A stretch of DNA of 64,000 nt from the human T2T-CHM13v2.0 reference genome, Homo sapiens (GCF_009914755.1 NC_060925.1); one strand, 5' to 3'; numbered from the stretch's first letter, positions 36,977 through 57,514 are shown. The notes: generated from the sequence alone by a model not told the origin. Numbers and translations are program-made.

Positions 36977-37168
36977 TGCTCCGCAAATCCTCCTTCTAGT
37001 GTCACCTTCCAGGTGAGGACTCGCCAACAACCTGATAGAAACCTGCAAGGCCAGCGCCTCTGCAGCCCCACACTCCCTAACCCCTTCTCTAGGGCATTGC
37101 CATCTTCTGACATACCATTTATTTTATGTCTTGTTTAATGTGTGTGTGTCTCTCTCTTAAATGTCATG

Positions 37169-37285
37169 CAGCCGGGTGCGGTGGCTCACACCTGTACTTT
37201 GGGAGGCCGAGGCAGAAGGATCACTTGAGCCCAGGAGTCGAGACCAGCCTGGGCAACATAGCAAGGCCCTGCCTCTCTGTATTTT
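37169..37285 (+). mobile_element. Alu monomer (FLAM-like) at the CpG island edge
   Basis: Left-arm consensus only. Confidence 0.75.
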
Positions 37286-37776
37286 AAAAAATGAAGTAAA
37301 TAATAAATACATAAAGTATTTATGTATTTACTTACATTACAAAGTTCCCCCAGGGGCGGGAACTTTGCCTTGTTCTTGCGGCATCCCCAGTGCCTTGGAC
37401 AGCTCCGGGCCCAGAGTCGCGACGCCTCCAGCAGGCCCGGCTGCCCCACTGCGCACATGGACACAGGCTTGGCACACGCACTGCGGCATTCACGTATCCG
37501 CGAACACATGGGTATCTATTTATACATGAAGACACGAAAATGTATTTATTTCTTTTAAAATCAGAAGAAAACGGTGAGAACTGTGAGGCCGGGGGGACGT
37601 TTTCCTCCGGGATCCTGGCAGATCCTGCAGACCGCGCCGTCGTGCGCGAAGCACCGGGACGGGCCTCCCGCGGGAAGGGCCCAGGAGGACACCGGGCTCC
37701 CCTCCCGCCCGCGGGGCCCCAGACGCGGCGCCGCTTTAAGGCTCCGGGCCCCGCGCGGATGCGGAGGCTGCGGCCG

Positions 37777-37784
37777 TGACGTCA
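37777..37784. promoter_or_regulatory. Full palindromic CRE (CREB/ATF site)
   Basis: TGACGTCA immediately upstream of exon 1. Confidence 0.75.
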
Positions 37785-37786
37785 GC

Positions 37787-37796
37787 GCCCCGCCCC
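37787..37796. promoter_or_regulatory. GC box (Sp/KLF)
   Basis: GCCCCGCCCC adjacent to the CRE. Confidence 0.7.
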
Positions 37797-37801
37797 GGGT
37801 G

Positions 37802-37879
37802 ATGCTGCAGCAGCCGGGACCGCGGCCGGGCAGGCAGCAGCCCAGCGGGGACAGGGATGCCTGCCGTCTCCACCCACAG
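37802..37879 (+). other. SLC45A1: SLC45A1 exon 1 (5' UTR, or N-terminal extension MLQQPGPRPGRQQPSGDRDACRLHPQ if ATG 37802 is transcribed); 5' end uncertain
   Basis: Donor CAG|GTACCA at 37879/37880 inside the CpG island. 78 nt from ATG 37802 plus 24 nt of exon 2 is in frame with ATG 44515. Confidence 0.75.
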
Positions 37880-38594
37880 GTACCACCGTCTCCTCCGCGC
37901 CCTCCGCCCGCTCTCTGGCTCCGTGCCTGCCGGGGCGCCGCGCCCTGGGCCCCGGGGTAGTCAGGGCGCCGAGACCGGGACCCGAGGCCGGCACGGAGAC
38001 CTTTGTTCCTCGTGGAAGTCTCATGAATTGCAGAGTCCACGGAGCTCCCCCGTCTCGCCCCTCCGAGGGCAGGAGCCTCGGGCCCAGGGGAGGGTGCCGG
38101 CCAGATGGCAGGTGCTCTCATCCTTGCTGGCAAGGGGAGGAGACCCCGGCCTTGGCCCCAGCTCCTGATGCGCTCCTTGAGCCGGAGGCCTGGTCCCTAG
38201 TCACCTGGGCAGGTGTCATCCGCTCCCGGCTCACCTCTTGCGTGGGGCTGAGCCCTCTTGTTGACCAGGGGCCTGGCAACGCCCCTCAGCATCCCAGGGT
38301 TACTTAGCGAGGGCACCGAGGACTCCCCTTTCCCGAGCGAGTCAGCACCAAGGGGAACGCGCTGAGGTGGAAGCCGTTCAGCTCCTTCTGCCCTCGACAA
38401 TCAGCAACTTCTCTAATTATTTCTAGAGTGACAGCCGTGCATGTTTTTCAGCTCTTACAGGGAAGCAGAGTCAGGGGCGGAGGAAAGCCACGTTCAGGCT
38501 GCACCTGGCCTGGGCTTTTGGGAAAAGTTGGCCCTGGAGTAGGGGTCAAGCTGCCGGAGATGCAAAGTGGGAAACGGCCACGATTCAGTAACTA

Positions 38595-39106
<512 letters not shown>

Positions 39107-39358
39107 TCAAACTACATTGACATTGATTACTTTTATTAATCATTTGCCGCTTAAACTTCCCACAACACAGTTTGAGGAATCTGTTACTTTAAGCATCCTC
39201 TGTACTCTGGAAGCACAGTGGACCCCTTGCATAGCCTTCGGGGGATCCAGGGAGATGAATGGATTTCCTTTTGACCGAGTAAATGGTCATATGGTACAGT
39301 AAAGATGGTCTGGCGAATGTTTGTATTTGTGCATGAAAATTAGATTTTATGATCTTAA

Positions 39359-39717
<359 letters not shown>

Positions 39718-40010
39718 TGAGTTTCTAAAATTCTTCTTATGATAAACATTTGTGAACAGTTTTTACTAAATGTAGTTTTAATAAAAATGGTAATGCTGAT
39801 CCCCAGATTTGAAGATGAATCCTTAGTAAAGACTTCTTCTGAGCCAGGATTAAACTAGGTTTAATTCTGGTTCAGATGCTAGAGAGAAGTTCATTGAGTG
39901 TGTGAGGATCTCCCTTCTGCTAGGACAGGCTGCAGTGGGGTGTGGCGGAGGTGGCAGTAGAGTTGTCCTCTTGCAGGTAGAGAAGTGGGCCGTCTACATA
40001 GTCCACTTTA

Positions 40011-40326
<316 letters not shown>

Positions 40327-40369
<43 letters not shown>

Positions 40370-40379
40370 GTTTCTCTCT

Positions 40380-40415
<36 letters not shown>
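40327..40415. repeat. Compound microsatellite (TCTG)n(TC)n(AC)n
   Basis: Replaces the Alu tail. Confidence 0.9.
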
Positions 40416-40417
<2 letters not shown>

Positions 40418-41339
40418 CTGCCATATGCTGTTTAAAGCTGAAGTTTTTCCAAACTGGGCCACAGTTCTTCATTCCAAATTTAAAGGGAAGGTTTCTAATG
40501 CACTTAAGTTCACATTATGGTTAAAATGCTGATTAGAAAGAGTGGGAGATATGCCTGTGTGCCTGCAGGTGGGGAGAGGCTGGGCAGAGGGACGGAAAGG
40601 GAGATGGCCACTGAGAGCATACGTGGGGCTGTGACCTTTGGGCGGAGTCCGATCCAACCGTCCACCTCACCTGTGCTGGGTCTCGCCTCTGACTCTGAAG
40701 GAGATGGTCTTACACAGTGTTGGAACTGGCGCTCTATTTCTGTGCTTTTGATGAATGAAGCTCCAGGGGATGCTAACTGCTGCTTGGGGTTTTGAAAGGA
40801 AGACCTGCCAATCACCAGGTTTTACCATGCAGAAGTGCTTGAGCTAGGCCAGTGAGGAACATAAATAAGCTTAGCTTCTTAAACATGTTAATCTTGATGT
40901 ACTCCTTATAAATGAATTCTATTTCAAATGAAGTATTACTTGTCTACATGGTTCTTAGGTTCATCTGTTCTCTTCCTACAGGAAAGCGTGGTATTTTCCA
41001 AAGCCACAGGATAAGTCTTTTATAGAAGTGACAGGAGACTCTGTCTCTGCTATATCACTCCCTGTCACCTTGGAATAAAACCCATCTCTTAGCAAAAAAC
41101 CCATCTCTTAGCAAGGCTTCAAGGCCCTCCATGATTAGCTAAGACCTTCCTGAGGGCTTCATCTCTCACCCCACCCCCACTGTGCCCAACTGTTACTCAT
41201 ATCTGTCTTTTACCCAATGATTCTACCCCCCAGGAAGGCCCTTTCCTCCACCTTTTTACCTAACTCAAGGACAAGAACTGTGTCTTTTATCTCTCTTATC
41301 TCAGTGTCTTGGTACTCAGTACTCAGATGAATTGGAGGC

Positions 41340-42630
41340 TGGGTAGGTGAGTGGGTGGATGAGTAAATGTTTGGAAGGGGGGATAGGTAGATGGGTGAGT
41401 GGAAGGATGGATAGAGGAGTGGGTGGAAGAACGGGTCGGTGGATGTGTGGATAGTTTTTGGATAGACAGATGAATAGATGAATGGAAGAGAGGATGTGTG
41501 GAAGGATGGATGGGTAGATGACTGAGTGGAAAGATGGATGAATGGATGTGTGGGTGAGTGGATGGAAGAGTGGCTGGTGGATGAATGGGTGCATGGATGG
41601 GTGGGTGGATGGATGGATGGATGGGTGGGTGGGTGGATGGATACGTGGATGGGTGGGCAAGTGGATGGGTGGATGAGTGGATGGGTGGGTGGATGGATGG
41701 ATGGATGGATGGATGGATGGATGGATGGGTGGATGGGTGAGTGGGTGGGTGGGTGGATGGATGGATGGGTGGGTGGGTGGATTGATAGGTACATGGATGG
41801 ATGGGTGGGTGGGTGAATTGGTGACTGAGTGGGTGGATGGATGGGTGGGTGCGTGGGTCCATAGTTACATGGATGGATGGGTGGGTGGATGGATGGATGG
41901 ATGAGTGGGTGGATGGATGGGTGGATGGATGGATGGGTGGGTGGGTGGATGGATGGATGAGTGCATGGATGGATGGATGGATGGATGGATGGATGGATGG
42001 ATGAATGGATGGATGGGCGGGTGGGTGGATGGATGAGTGGGTGAGTGGATGGATGCATGGATGGATGGGTGGGTGGGTGGATGGATGAGTGGGTGGATGG
42101 ATGGGTGGATGGATGGGTGGGTGGGTGGATGGATGGGTGGGTGGGTGCGTGGGTGGGTGGATGGATGGATGGATGAGTGGGTGAGTGGATGGATGCATGG
42201 ATGGATGGGTGGGTGGGTGAATGGATGGATGAGTGGGTGGATGGATGGGTGGATGAATGGGTGGGTGGGTGCGTGGGTGGGTGGATGGATGGATGGGTGG
42301 ATGGATGCATGGGTGGGTGGATGTATGGGTGGATGGATGCGTGGGTGGGTGGATGGATGGGTGGATGGGTGGATGGATGGATGGATAGATGGGTGTGTGG
42401 ATGGATGGATGAGTGGGTGGATGGATGGGTGGATGGATGGGTAGGTGGGTGGATGGATGGGTGGATGAGTGGATGGATGGATGGATAGATGGGTGGGTGG
42501 ATGGATGGATGAGTGGGTGGATGGATGGATGGGTGGATGGATGGATGGGTGGGTGGGTGGATTGATGGATGAGTGGGTGAGTGGATGGATGCATGGATAG
42601 TTGGGTGGGTAGATGGATGGATGAATGAGT
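41340..42630. repeat. (GGAT/GGGT)n tetranucleotide array in intron 1
   Basis: ~1.3 kb of GGAT/GGGT/GAGT units with degenerate ends. Confidence 0.95.
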
Positions 42631-43398
42631 CATTGGATTAACACAGTGTTCTTTATCCTGCTGGGATGTCTCTAGATCCAATCATTTTCACCATTGGTGT
42701 CTTCCAAAGAGAAGAAAGACAATCTCTGAGTGGGTAGGGTGGTGGAAGAGTTTTGGATACAAATCTGGAGTGAGGAATTTCAGAGTGATTCATAAATAAT
42801 TTATTGTCTGGTGATAGTGTGATGGAAAGTGGTATGGTAAGTTAATGTCAGGAAAAAAGTGGCTTACTTTTGAAGCTTAAAACTAATTTTGAGAGAAAGC
42901 CCGTGATATTTATCTTGGTCAATGACAAGCGCCATCATCAGAAATCAATGTTGGGAAAGTTGTCCCAGTTTGGGGCCTACGTCTCAGGAAGGACTTCAAA
43001 GGGAATTTAGTCTGTTGCTTTTTTGTGGAGCAGGTGGGCTGTGTCTGAGAGAATCCTGGAACCCCCCACCCCCTCTGTTATGTTGGTATCTGTCTCTTTC
43101 CCTCTGATCTGAGCAGCTTTTCTCTCCTTGTGCTTATACAAGTGGACATCGGCTAAAACACACAAGCTAACATATTAGAATCCATTCTGTTAATATTAAT
43201 AATCCAGATTAATTTCAAAGCAGTGAAAAACAGTTCGACACTTTGGAACCGGTGCCTAAGTGGTGCAGATTGCAAACCCCAGCTGGGCAGAGGACAGCGC
43301 GGGAGGGGAGTGGAAGGATGTCTATCTGGGAAGGCCTTGAACTTGCTCTCTCCTTACCTAGGTCATGGGCATTGTGAAAATGTTTAAAAAGTAAGTTG

Positions 43399-43771
<373 letters not shown>

Positions 43772-44460
43772 CTACGGGATTCCAGAGTTCGGCTTATTAC
43801 TTTAAAGAAAGCATTTTCGAACACTGTCAAAGCCTCAGTTCTCCCCACTGGACTAAAACTCACTTGTCAATGGGTGCTGAAGGAAAAGGGTTTGTGTTAA
43901 GCCCATTCAGCTGCCTTTAGGGAGAGTGCCCTGGCCTACCGCGAAGGAGGGAACACAAGCGTTAGGGAGTGGAGAGGACTGGCTCTGACTCTATCTGGTG
44001 ACAGAGGAGCTGTCCCCGCAACGCGAGGAAGCACTCAGGGTGCCGGGGGGGTGGTTCCTAACCATGCCCAGTCTCTCTTCCTCTCTGGTCCCCTGGGACC
44101 TTCAGGGAAGGGCAAAATTAGCCCTGGAAATGGGCCGCAGGTCCTAAAATAGCCTGGTGTCCTTGGAGGCCGGAGAGGAGCTGAGAGGCTCTCACTTCCT
44201 CAGGACAGTCCTGACCGAGCCTCTGTTTGGGGGATGGTCCCTTTGAGTTTGAGGTGGGGACCTGCAGGACGGGGGTCCTCTCTCTGAGTAGGGAAGGCAC
44301 TGGGCTTTGGCCTCCTGGGGCAGAGGAGCTGCAGATGGGAAAGTGAGGCCCCGGAGCATCAACCATGAGCAGTGCATTCTGCTTTCGGGGGACGGTGTTT
44401 GACTCTAAATTCTGCAGTGTGAACTCAAATGTTGGGGGAGGACTACCCAGGCAAAAGTAA

Positions 44461-44979
<519 letters not shown>

Positions 44980-45460
44980 TGAGGGTCCTGAGGGGAGAAG
45001 GGAGGATCAAGAGTTAAGTTCCCTTCATCAGTCTGGGACTGTGGGGAACACAGGTACCACCGGTCATATCCCAGATTTTAAGTTCCTTATCGAAAGCAGA
45101 CAATAGAACAGGGATTTAGCAGCTCCCCGAGGGCTGACACCGTCTGATGCCAGGCTCTCCTTGTTGGAGGGTCCAACTCATAATGCTTGGTGTCATGTGA
45201 GCCTGGAAGGTCCTGAAATTTCTTGGATTCCCAAGGAAAGTCGTGGCTGCTTAGGGCCTTAGGGTCCAAAGTGGAGGATTTAAGGAGATGCTGAGCAATC
45301 CCCAGAGTCTGCTGAGCTTTGGTTTCCGAGTTCAGGGTTTTGTCACTGACTGTTTCATCATCTTATTCTTTTGATGCACTGGGGGTGTTTGAGAGCAGGC
45401 ACTTCAGGAATGTGGAGGCTGATTCGATGTCCCCATGTGCCATGGGGACCCTGGCAATGA

Positions 45461-45703
<243 letters not shown>

Positions 45704-45935
45704 TGAGGCAGGGAGTGCCCCGCAACCTGGCCTCAGTTAACTGTGAGAATAGATCGCTTTGATCATTTTTAAAAATTGAGTTGATAAAGTTCATCTCATT
45801 TCTTCTCTGCTTAATGAAATAAAAACCCCCATCCAAGTGCAAAATATATGGTGAGTTTGCAGGCGGCTTTTCCACCGGGCTGTGCTTGAGGTTTAAGTTT
45901 TAAAAATTCTTGAGTCCTAAAGATTCTAGACATAA

Positions 45936-46253
<318 letters not shown>

Positions 46254-46462
46254 TGAATCTGCCGGGCTGCAGGCTTCAGACGTGTGGCTTTCGAGGCCCT
46301 TCCTCACTCCCTGATTTAACAAAGAAGCTGGGAGAATTCCAATACATGGAGAAACACTGAAGTGATTGAAAATACATATCTCACACAACACATATCAACC
46401 ACAACCTATGCTGTTGACACATAAACAACAATTATAGGTCTATAAATTCAAATGTTTATATT

Positions 46463-47408
<946 letters not shown>

Positions 47409-47711
47409 GTGTGTGCATGGACACACACACGACTATATCCATACCATGCATATATGTATGTATATATACATACCTGTGGCATGCTTAATGGTGAAACAGG
47501 AGAAATGTTCCCATCAAAGTCAGGAATGAGGCAAGAATGCACCCATCCCACAGAGCCACTGCCATTAGGGACACACAAACAAAAGGTGTGAGGTCAGCCC
47601 CACTGGTCTCTGGGGCTGGACGTATGGAAACTTCAAGAGAATTAGCTGCAAAGCAGTGCAGGAGTTCAGCATGATGCTTAGTTATCAATGTACTGTATAA
47701 AAATCAATACT

Positions 47712-48243
<532 letters not shown>

Positions 48244-48251
48244 TAGCAATT

Positions 48252-48362
48252 GGCTGGGCCGAAGGTAGTGAGTTATCTCGATTGATTGCCCACAGTCAGT
48301 TACAGATGGAACTCCTTCCTCTACTCTTTCCCCAACCCTCACTGCTGCACTTGACTAGTCTT
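48252..48362 (+). pseudogene. Y1 RNA (RNY1-derived) retropseudogene in intron 4
   Basis: GGCTGGGCCGAAGGTAGTGAGTTATCTC...CACAGTCAGTTACAGAT...GCACTTGACTAGTCTT matches hY1; A-rich tail follows. Confidence 0.9.
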
Positions 48363-48737
48363 GAAAAAGAAACAGATATTGGAACAATGTTTAAAAATCA
48401 AGGGAAAAGCCTAATGAGACATTAGGCCTTCATTACAGGACCCGAATGAAGAGGCTGGGTCACCCAGTGGTTAGGGGCTCGGGCTCTGGGAGCTGAAAGT
48501 CCACGTGGCGCAAATGGCTCTACTTCCACAAGCCTCGGTCGCATCTCCTGGAAAATGTTGCCGCTTCTCTTCCTCTTTCCACACGTGCGCTGCTGTGGGC
48601 GAGGGAACTTCTAAAGGGGCCATGCCGGGCGAGTGCTGGGCTTGGCAGAGAGGAAGAAGGACGTCGGTTTTTACCTTACGCCCGTCTATGAGAATGCACC
48701 ACTTTGATCATTCAAGAAAATTAGCTAGTAAAGTTCA

Positions 48738-49050
<313 letters not shown>

Positions 49051-50263
49051 AGTTCTTCTGAAATCTGACCTTGGATAAGGGTCACGAACAGCAATGGTGT
49101 CTTTCAGGAGGGGAGGAGGGAAGGCAATTAGAATCATGAGTGTGGGAAGTCAAGAATAATAAAATGCCTGGGAGGGCAGTGGGGAGGCAAAAAGACTCCC
49201 AAGTCTAGAAGAACAGAGGCAGAGAAGGGACGGGACTGGAGCTTTTGAATGGACACGCCAAGTGAAATGAAAAGGCCCGTCTGGGACAAACAAAGGAAGA
49301 TCTACAGTGAAACCTCGAAATAATGAGATCCATGGTCATACGGTCCTTAGGTACGTGTGGAAGGCTGAGTTGGGCGTGTCTGAAGCCCAAGCCTGTCCAT
49401 AGAAGTTCTTATTTGAAAGGTAAACCCCTAATGTGGCCAAGTCTTCCCTAAACCAAAAATCCCGTGCTGGTAGCAGGCAGGTTGCTCCTCACCAGCAGCG
49501 GTAAACCGAGAGAACCCTCCTCTCCTCTCAACACTAGACCGACTCAAAATGTAGCTGAACTCACAATAAAACAAAATAAAACACCGGATCCCTGATGGGG
49601 TGGGTGTCGTGGACCCGCAGCTGGCTGGGGTGGTGCCCCTGCAGCTTCCCTGGCTCTTGCCATCGAAGCACAGAGCCTGGCTGGAAGAAGCTGCAGTGTT
49701 TGGAGGTAAATCTGCCCACTGCTGTTGGCCGGGTCCCCACAGCATCGCTCACAGTTTCCTGCCATGCTCTGTGGCCAGGGCTGGGCTGGCCGGTGCCCCG
49801 AGGCGTGGAATGAGAACAGAGCAGAAACAGCAGTGATCCGATCCCTGCTTTTCTGCTGTAGGCTGATAGCTCAGAGATCGGAGAGCTGCCTGCCAGGGTG
49901 TGGGGAGGCAGGACCCATCTGTGGTCACCACAGGGGGCGGCTCTCCTCATGGTGTTCTGTGCATGGGGACAAACACCCGCATGCACACGTGTGGTCGGCT
50001 GTGTGTGAGCCATGGGGTCGGCCCTGAGCTGGAGGGGCCCTCGGAGGGAGGATGTGCCCGGTGTCAGCATTCGCTCCAGGGGCCTGAAAGGTTACGGGGA
50101 AAGTGGAACAGGCAGGAAGTGGAAGGGGATGTGGGCAGGTGGTCACTGTGCTGCTGCCGGGGGTCACACCAGGAAAGGCCCTGCAGGTGGCTGTGCAGGA
50201 CAGGAGGGGGACCTCCTCAAGGGGCCCGCCCTGGGAATCCTGTCCCATTTTGTTGGGGTTTAG

Positions 50264-51259
<996 letters not shown>

Positions 51260-51277
51260 TAAAGAGAAAAGCCTTAG

Positions 51278-52132
51278 AGGCCAGGTGCGGTGGCTCAAGT
51301 TTGTAGTCCCAGCACTTTAGGAGGCTAAGGCAGGAGGATCGCTTGAACTCAGGAGTTTGAAACCAGCCTGGGCAACGTGGCGAAACCCCGTCTCTACTTT
51401 TTAGTATTTTAGTATTTTTAAAAAACACTTTTAAAAAATATTTTTAAAAAACACTTTTAAAAAATATTTTTAAAAAACACTTTTAAAAAATATTTTTAAA
51501 AAACACTTTTAAAAAATATTTTTAAAAAACACTTTTAAAAAATATTTTTAAAAAACACTTTTAAAAAATATTTTTAAAAAACACTTTTAAAAAATATTTT
51601 TAAAAAACACTTTTAAAAAATATTTTTAAAAAACACTTTTAAAAAATATTTTTAAAAAACACTTTTAAAAAATATTTTTAAAAAACACTTTTAAAAAATA
51701 TTTTTAAAAAACACTTTTAAAAAATATTTTTAAAAAACACTTTTAAAAAATATTTTTAAAAAACACTTTTAAAAAATATTTTTAAAAAACACTTTTAAAA
51801 AATATTTTTAAAAAACACTTTTAAAAAATATTTTTAAAAAACACTTTTAAAAAATATTTTTAAAAAACACTTTTAAAAAATATTTTTAAAAAACACTTTT
51901 AAAAAATATTTTTAAAAAACACTTTTAAAAAATATTTTTAAAAAATACTTTTTAGTATTTTTTATACAAAAAGTAGCTGGGCTTGATGGCACACATGTGT
52001 GGTCCCAACCACTCTGGAGGCTGAAGAAGGAGGATGGCTTGAGCCCAGGAGGGTGAAGCTGTAGTGACCCATGATTGCACCACTGCACTCCAGCCCAGGT
52101 GACAGAGCAAGACCTTGTCTCAGAAAAAGAAA
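51278..52132 (+). mobile_element. Alu (J-type) split by the AT-rich VNTR in its linker
   Basis: Left arm 51278-51397, right arm 51965-52132; TSD-like AAGCCTTAGA/AAGCCTCAGA. Confidence 0.88.
51415..51950. repeat. AT-rich 26-bp tandem repeat, 20 perfect copies (CACTTTTAAAAAATATTTTTAAAAAA)
   Basis: CAC recurs exactly every 26 nt from 51426 to 51920; located in the Alu middle linker. Confidence 0.95.
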
Positions 52133-52209
52133 AGACAAGCCTCAGAAACGTGACGTCTTCCCTTGCATGTTAGTGAACAAGTTCTGGGCCTGAGTCCACC
52201 TATGAGTGA

Positions 52210-52573
<364 letters not shown>

Positions 52574-52919
52574 GACAACTCTTTTAAACACTTACGTTTG
52601 CCCAAATGTAATTCAGGCCGGGCCTGTCCTGCTAGTGAGTTTCTTAGAGGCATAGTGTGCACCCCACTTGTTTCTGGTATTTTTCCCAAGACGTCCGGGC
52701 TCCAGCCCGTTTTGGCAGTGGGAATCCTGTGCCAATACATCCAAGTCTTCATGGACGGTGGAAACAAAACGTGAAACCTGCAGATGTGTCTGGGATCGTC
52801 CCTCCTGGTGCCTGACGTCGGTTAACTTCCGGAGGCTATAAAAACAGGAATCTCCAGGGCAGCGCCATCTTCCACGAAGGCCAAGAACCTTCTGGAAAGC
52901 TGTTTAAGTTGGTATTTAA

Positions 52920-53311
<392 letters not shown>

Positions 53312-53664
53312 TAAAGAAAGGTTATTCTCTTATTTAAAGTAGACATAAGAGTTGCTGGCCTGCACCTGTGGGCGTTGCAGGAGGAGAGTATATTTCAGTA
53401 AGAACGTGGTGTTTCCGGTCCTACAAAGCCGAGTCTCGTTTGCCTCATCCCTCGAGGGAGTCAGCTGGAAAAGCTGGGCAGCCTGGAGATCTAGCCGAGG
53501 AGACACTTCACTCGGCCGCAGACGCACGTGGGCCGTGTCTCCTGAATGAAGTAGACCCTGCTCTGCCCGGCCCCATCCCACTGGGTTTAAATGGGACCTG
53601 GTCCTCAGTTCATTCTCCCGTCAGGGGTTCAGGTGTCCCATCTCTGCCTAGATGACTTCCCTGA

Positions 53665-54313
<649 letters not shown>

Positions 54314-54931
54314 TGAGGAAGGACACTGCCCAGGCATGCGCAGGCCTCACAGGGACATCTGTTGAGGTTCCTGGTGGCACCAAGGACACAGCGAGCTCCC
54401 GTCTGGAAAGGGTTTGAGGAACTGGAAATCACTGGAGAGCCAGGAAAGTCCATCCTTATCAAGGAAAGAGGTTTTCTAATCGCTCAGGTTGAGGGCACCG
54501 TCAGCCTCATTGTGGATGATGCCAGGGTAATTAATCTGGTCTTTGTCAACACTGGATCGTCCCAGACTGTTTCACAAAGTTCAAACTGGCTTTAGATCCG
54601 GTTGTTTAGGTGTGGTTGAAAATCTCTTCTTCATCCCCTTTTTCTGTTTCCTTTCTCTTTAGAGTGTAGTTTATGCATCAGTTCTTTGAGGAAAGTAAAA
54701 ATCATGAGCTAAATATAAACGCATCCAGGCTCAACGGAGACAGAGGCGTAACTGCAGCGCTGTTCCTCCGCAGGCATGGGGGACGCGCTCTGCCGATGTG
54801 GGTGTCCTGGGAGCCGGCGCTGCGGCCTCTCAGCTTCCTTTCCCACCAGGAGTATCCAGGGCGGACCGCACCACAGACATCCCAGTGGAGCCAGGCAGCA
54901 ACGCCTCTTTGCTCTCAAACATCTAAATTCA

Positions 54932-55351
<420 letters not shown>

Positions 55352-55849
55352 CTAAGCCCCTCGCACCCGTTTCCATCCTGTTGACCGTGGGGCGTGTCGT
55401 GTGCTCTCTGAGCCCCTGTCAAGGGCTGAGGTGCTCATGTGGGCAGGGCCGCCCTGTCTTCTGTGTGGTGGGGGTTCCACCTGTCCAGAGAGAATTTTGA
55501 ACACATGTTCCTGGTGGCCACCTTGAAATAAGTCGTTCCCAGTTTTCTTTTACAAAAAAGAAAGGACTTCCTAGGCGTGTGGATCTGAACTGACCCATGT
55601 TTTTTCATTTCAAATGTATTTTGCATTTTGCAAAGTCTTATCTCACTCCCTGTGGCACAGATAGTGTCCTGTGGCCACACTGTGGGCACACCTGAAATGG
55701 AATTCTAGCCTTAGCTGCTCCGGGGCCTCGGAAACAATGCCCTGAATTTGTTCCTCTGAGGTTGGCGTCGACACGGGGCTCATGCCGTCAGATAAGAAGA
55801 CAGACCCTTGCAGCCTCCGTGCGGTGTTTCCGAGAGCGCATTCCCCTGA

Positions 55850-56278
<429 letters not shown>

Positions 56279-56611
56279 TAAACCAGGTGTCACCATTGAG
56301 AGCCACATAGCTCACTCTGGGCCCGACACCTGGGTCCCCACAGAGCCAAAATTCTCACTACCAGAAGCCCTTTGGACAACTCCACAGTGAAATGATGGAC
56401 CCACACCTTCCCACCTTCCCACCTTCCAACTTTGTCTTGCTCTGTCTTCAAGCACAGACCCCACACCTGCCTGCCCGTGTCTATTGCTGTTTGTAAATTC
56501 ACACGGCTCGGCCTTTGTATGAGCATTGAAAAGCACCAACTTGCGTTTCATTCCATTTAGTCTCTTTCTGCTGTCGAGTGGTTGAACATTTGAGCATGAT
56601 TCAGAATTTGA

Positions 56612-56996
<385 letters not shown>

Positions 56997-57514
56997 TTAA
57001 AAATGGTCCTACCTTTTTCCCCTATGACCTTACTCAGTATTCCATGCAAGCCCATAATCAAAGACTATATTCAGAATATGCATGCAAGGTATTGATCACA
57101 GCATGGTTTCAGACAGCCACAGACTGCGATTGGGGGATAGAGATGTCCAACAGTTGGGGAAGGGTTAAATATATTAGGGTGCACCCACACTGTGAAATAT
57201 TTTGCTGCCATCAAAACAAGTCTATTTAATAATTCTTGATGGCATAGAACATTGTAGATGATAATTCATTATGGTTCGAGAGGGCCTATAAATACCACCT
57301 TCCTCTACCAAAGAAGGAATTCCCATGGTTCAAGGAACGGAGCGCTAAGCACTTCCGCCAGCACATCCATGTCTGTGCTTCCCGGTGGATTTCTCCCAAT
57401 TAAATGGATCCCCTCCCCTGCACCACCCAGGTAGCTGGAGCACCTCCACTGCTACCCTTGCCTCATGTTTATAGAAATATATGGTGGTTTAAAATAAAAA
57501 AATTGTAAGGAAAC

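Larger units (their letters stand above)
37370..38400. promoter_or_regulatory. SLC45A1: CpG island / SLC45A1 promoter
   Basis: Very GC- and CpG-dense, repeat-free segment in a CpG-depleted background, surrounding the first exon. Confidence 0.9.

Noticed and set aside
37390-38307. Several 100-190 aa ORFs over the CpG island
   Set aside because: Expected from high GC content; only the exon 1 portions with splice support were kept
41077-41114. 19-bp tandem duplication AAAACCCATCTCTTAGCAA x2
   Set aside because: Ordinary slippage duplication with no evident function
41210-42681. Long ORFs (452 aa and 366 aa on the minus strand; WMDG-repeat ORFs on the plus strand)
   Set aside because: Translations of the (GGAT/GGGT)n array, which lacks stop codons; no coding complexity
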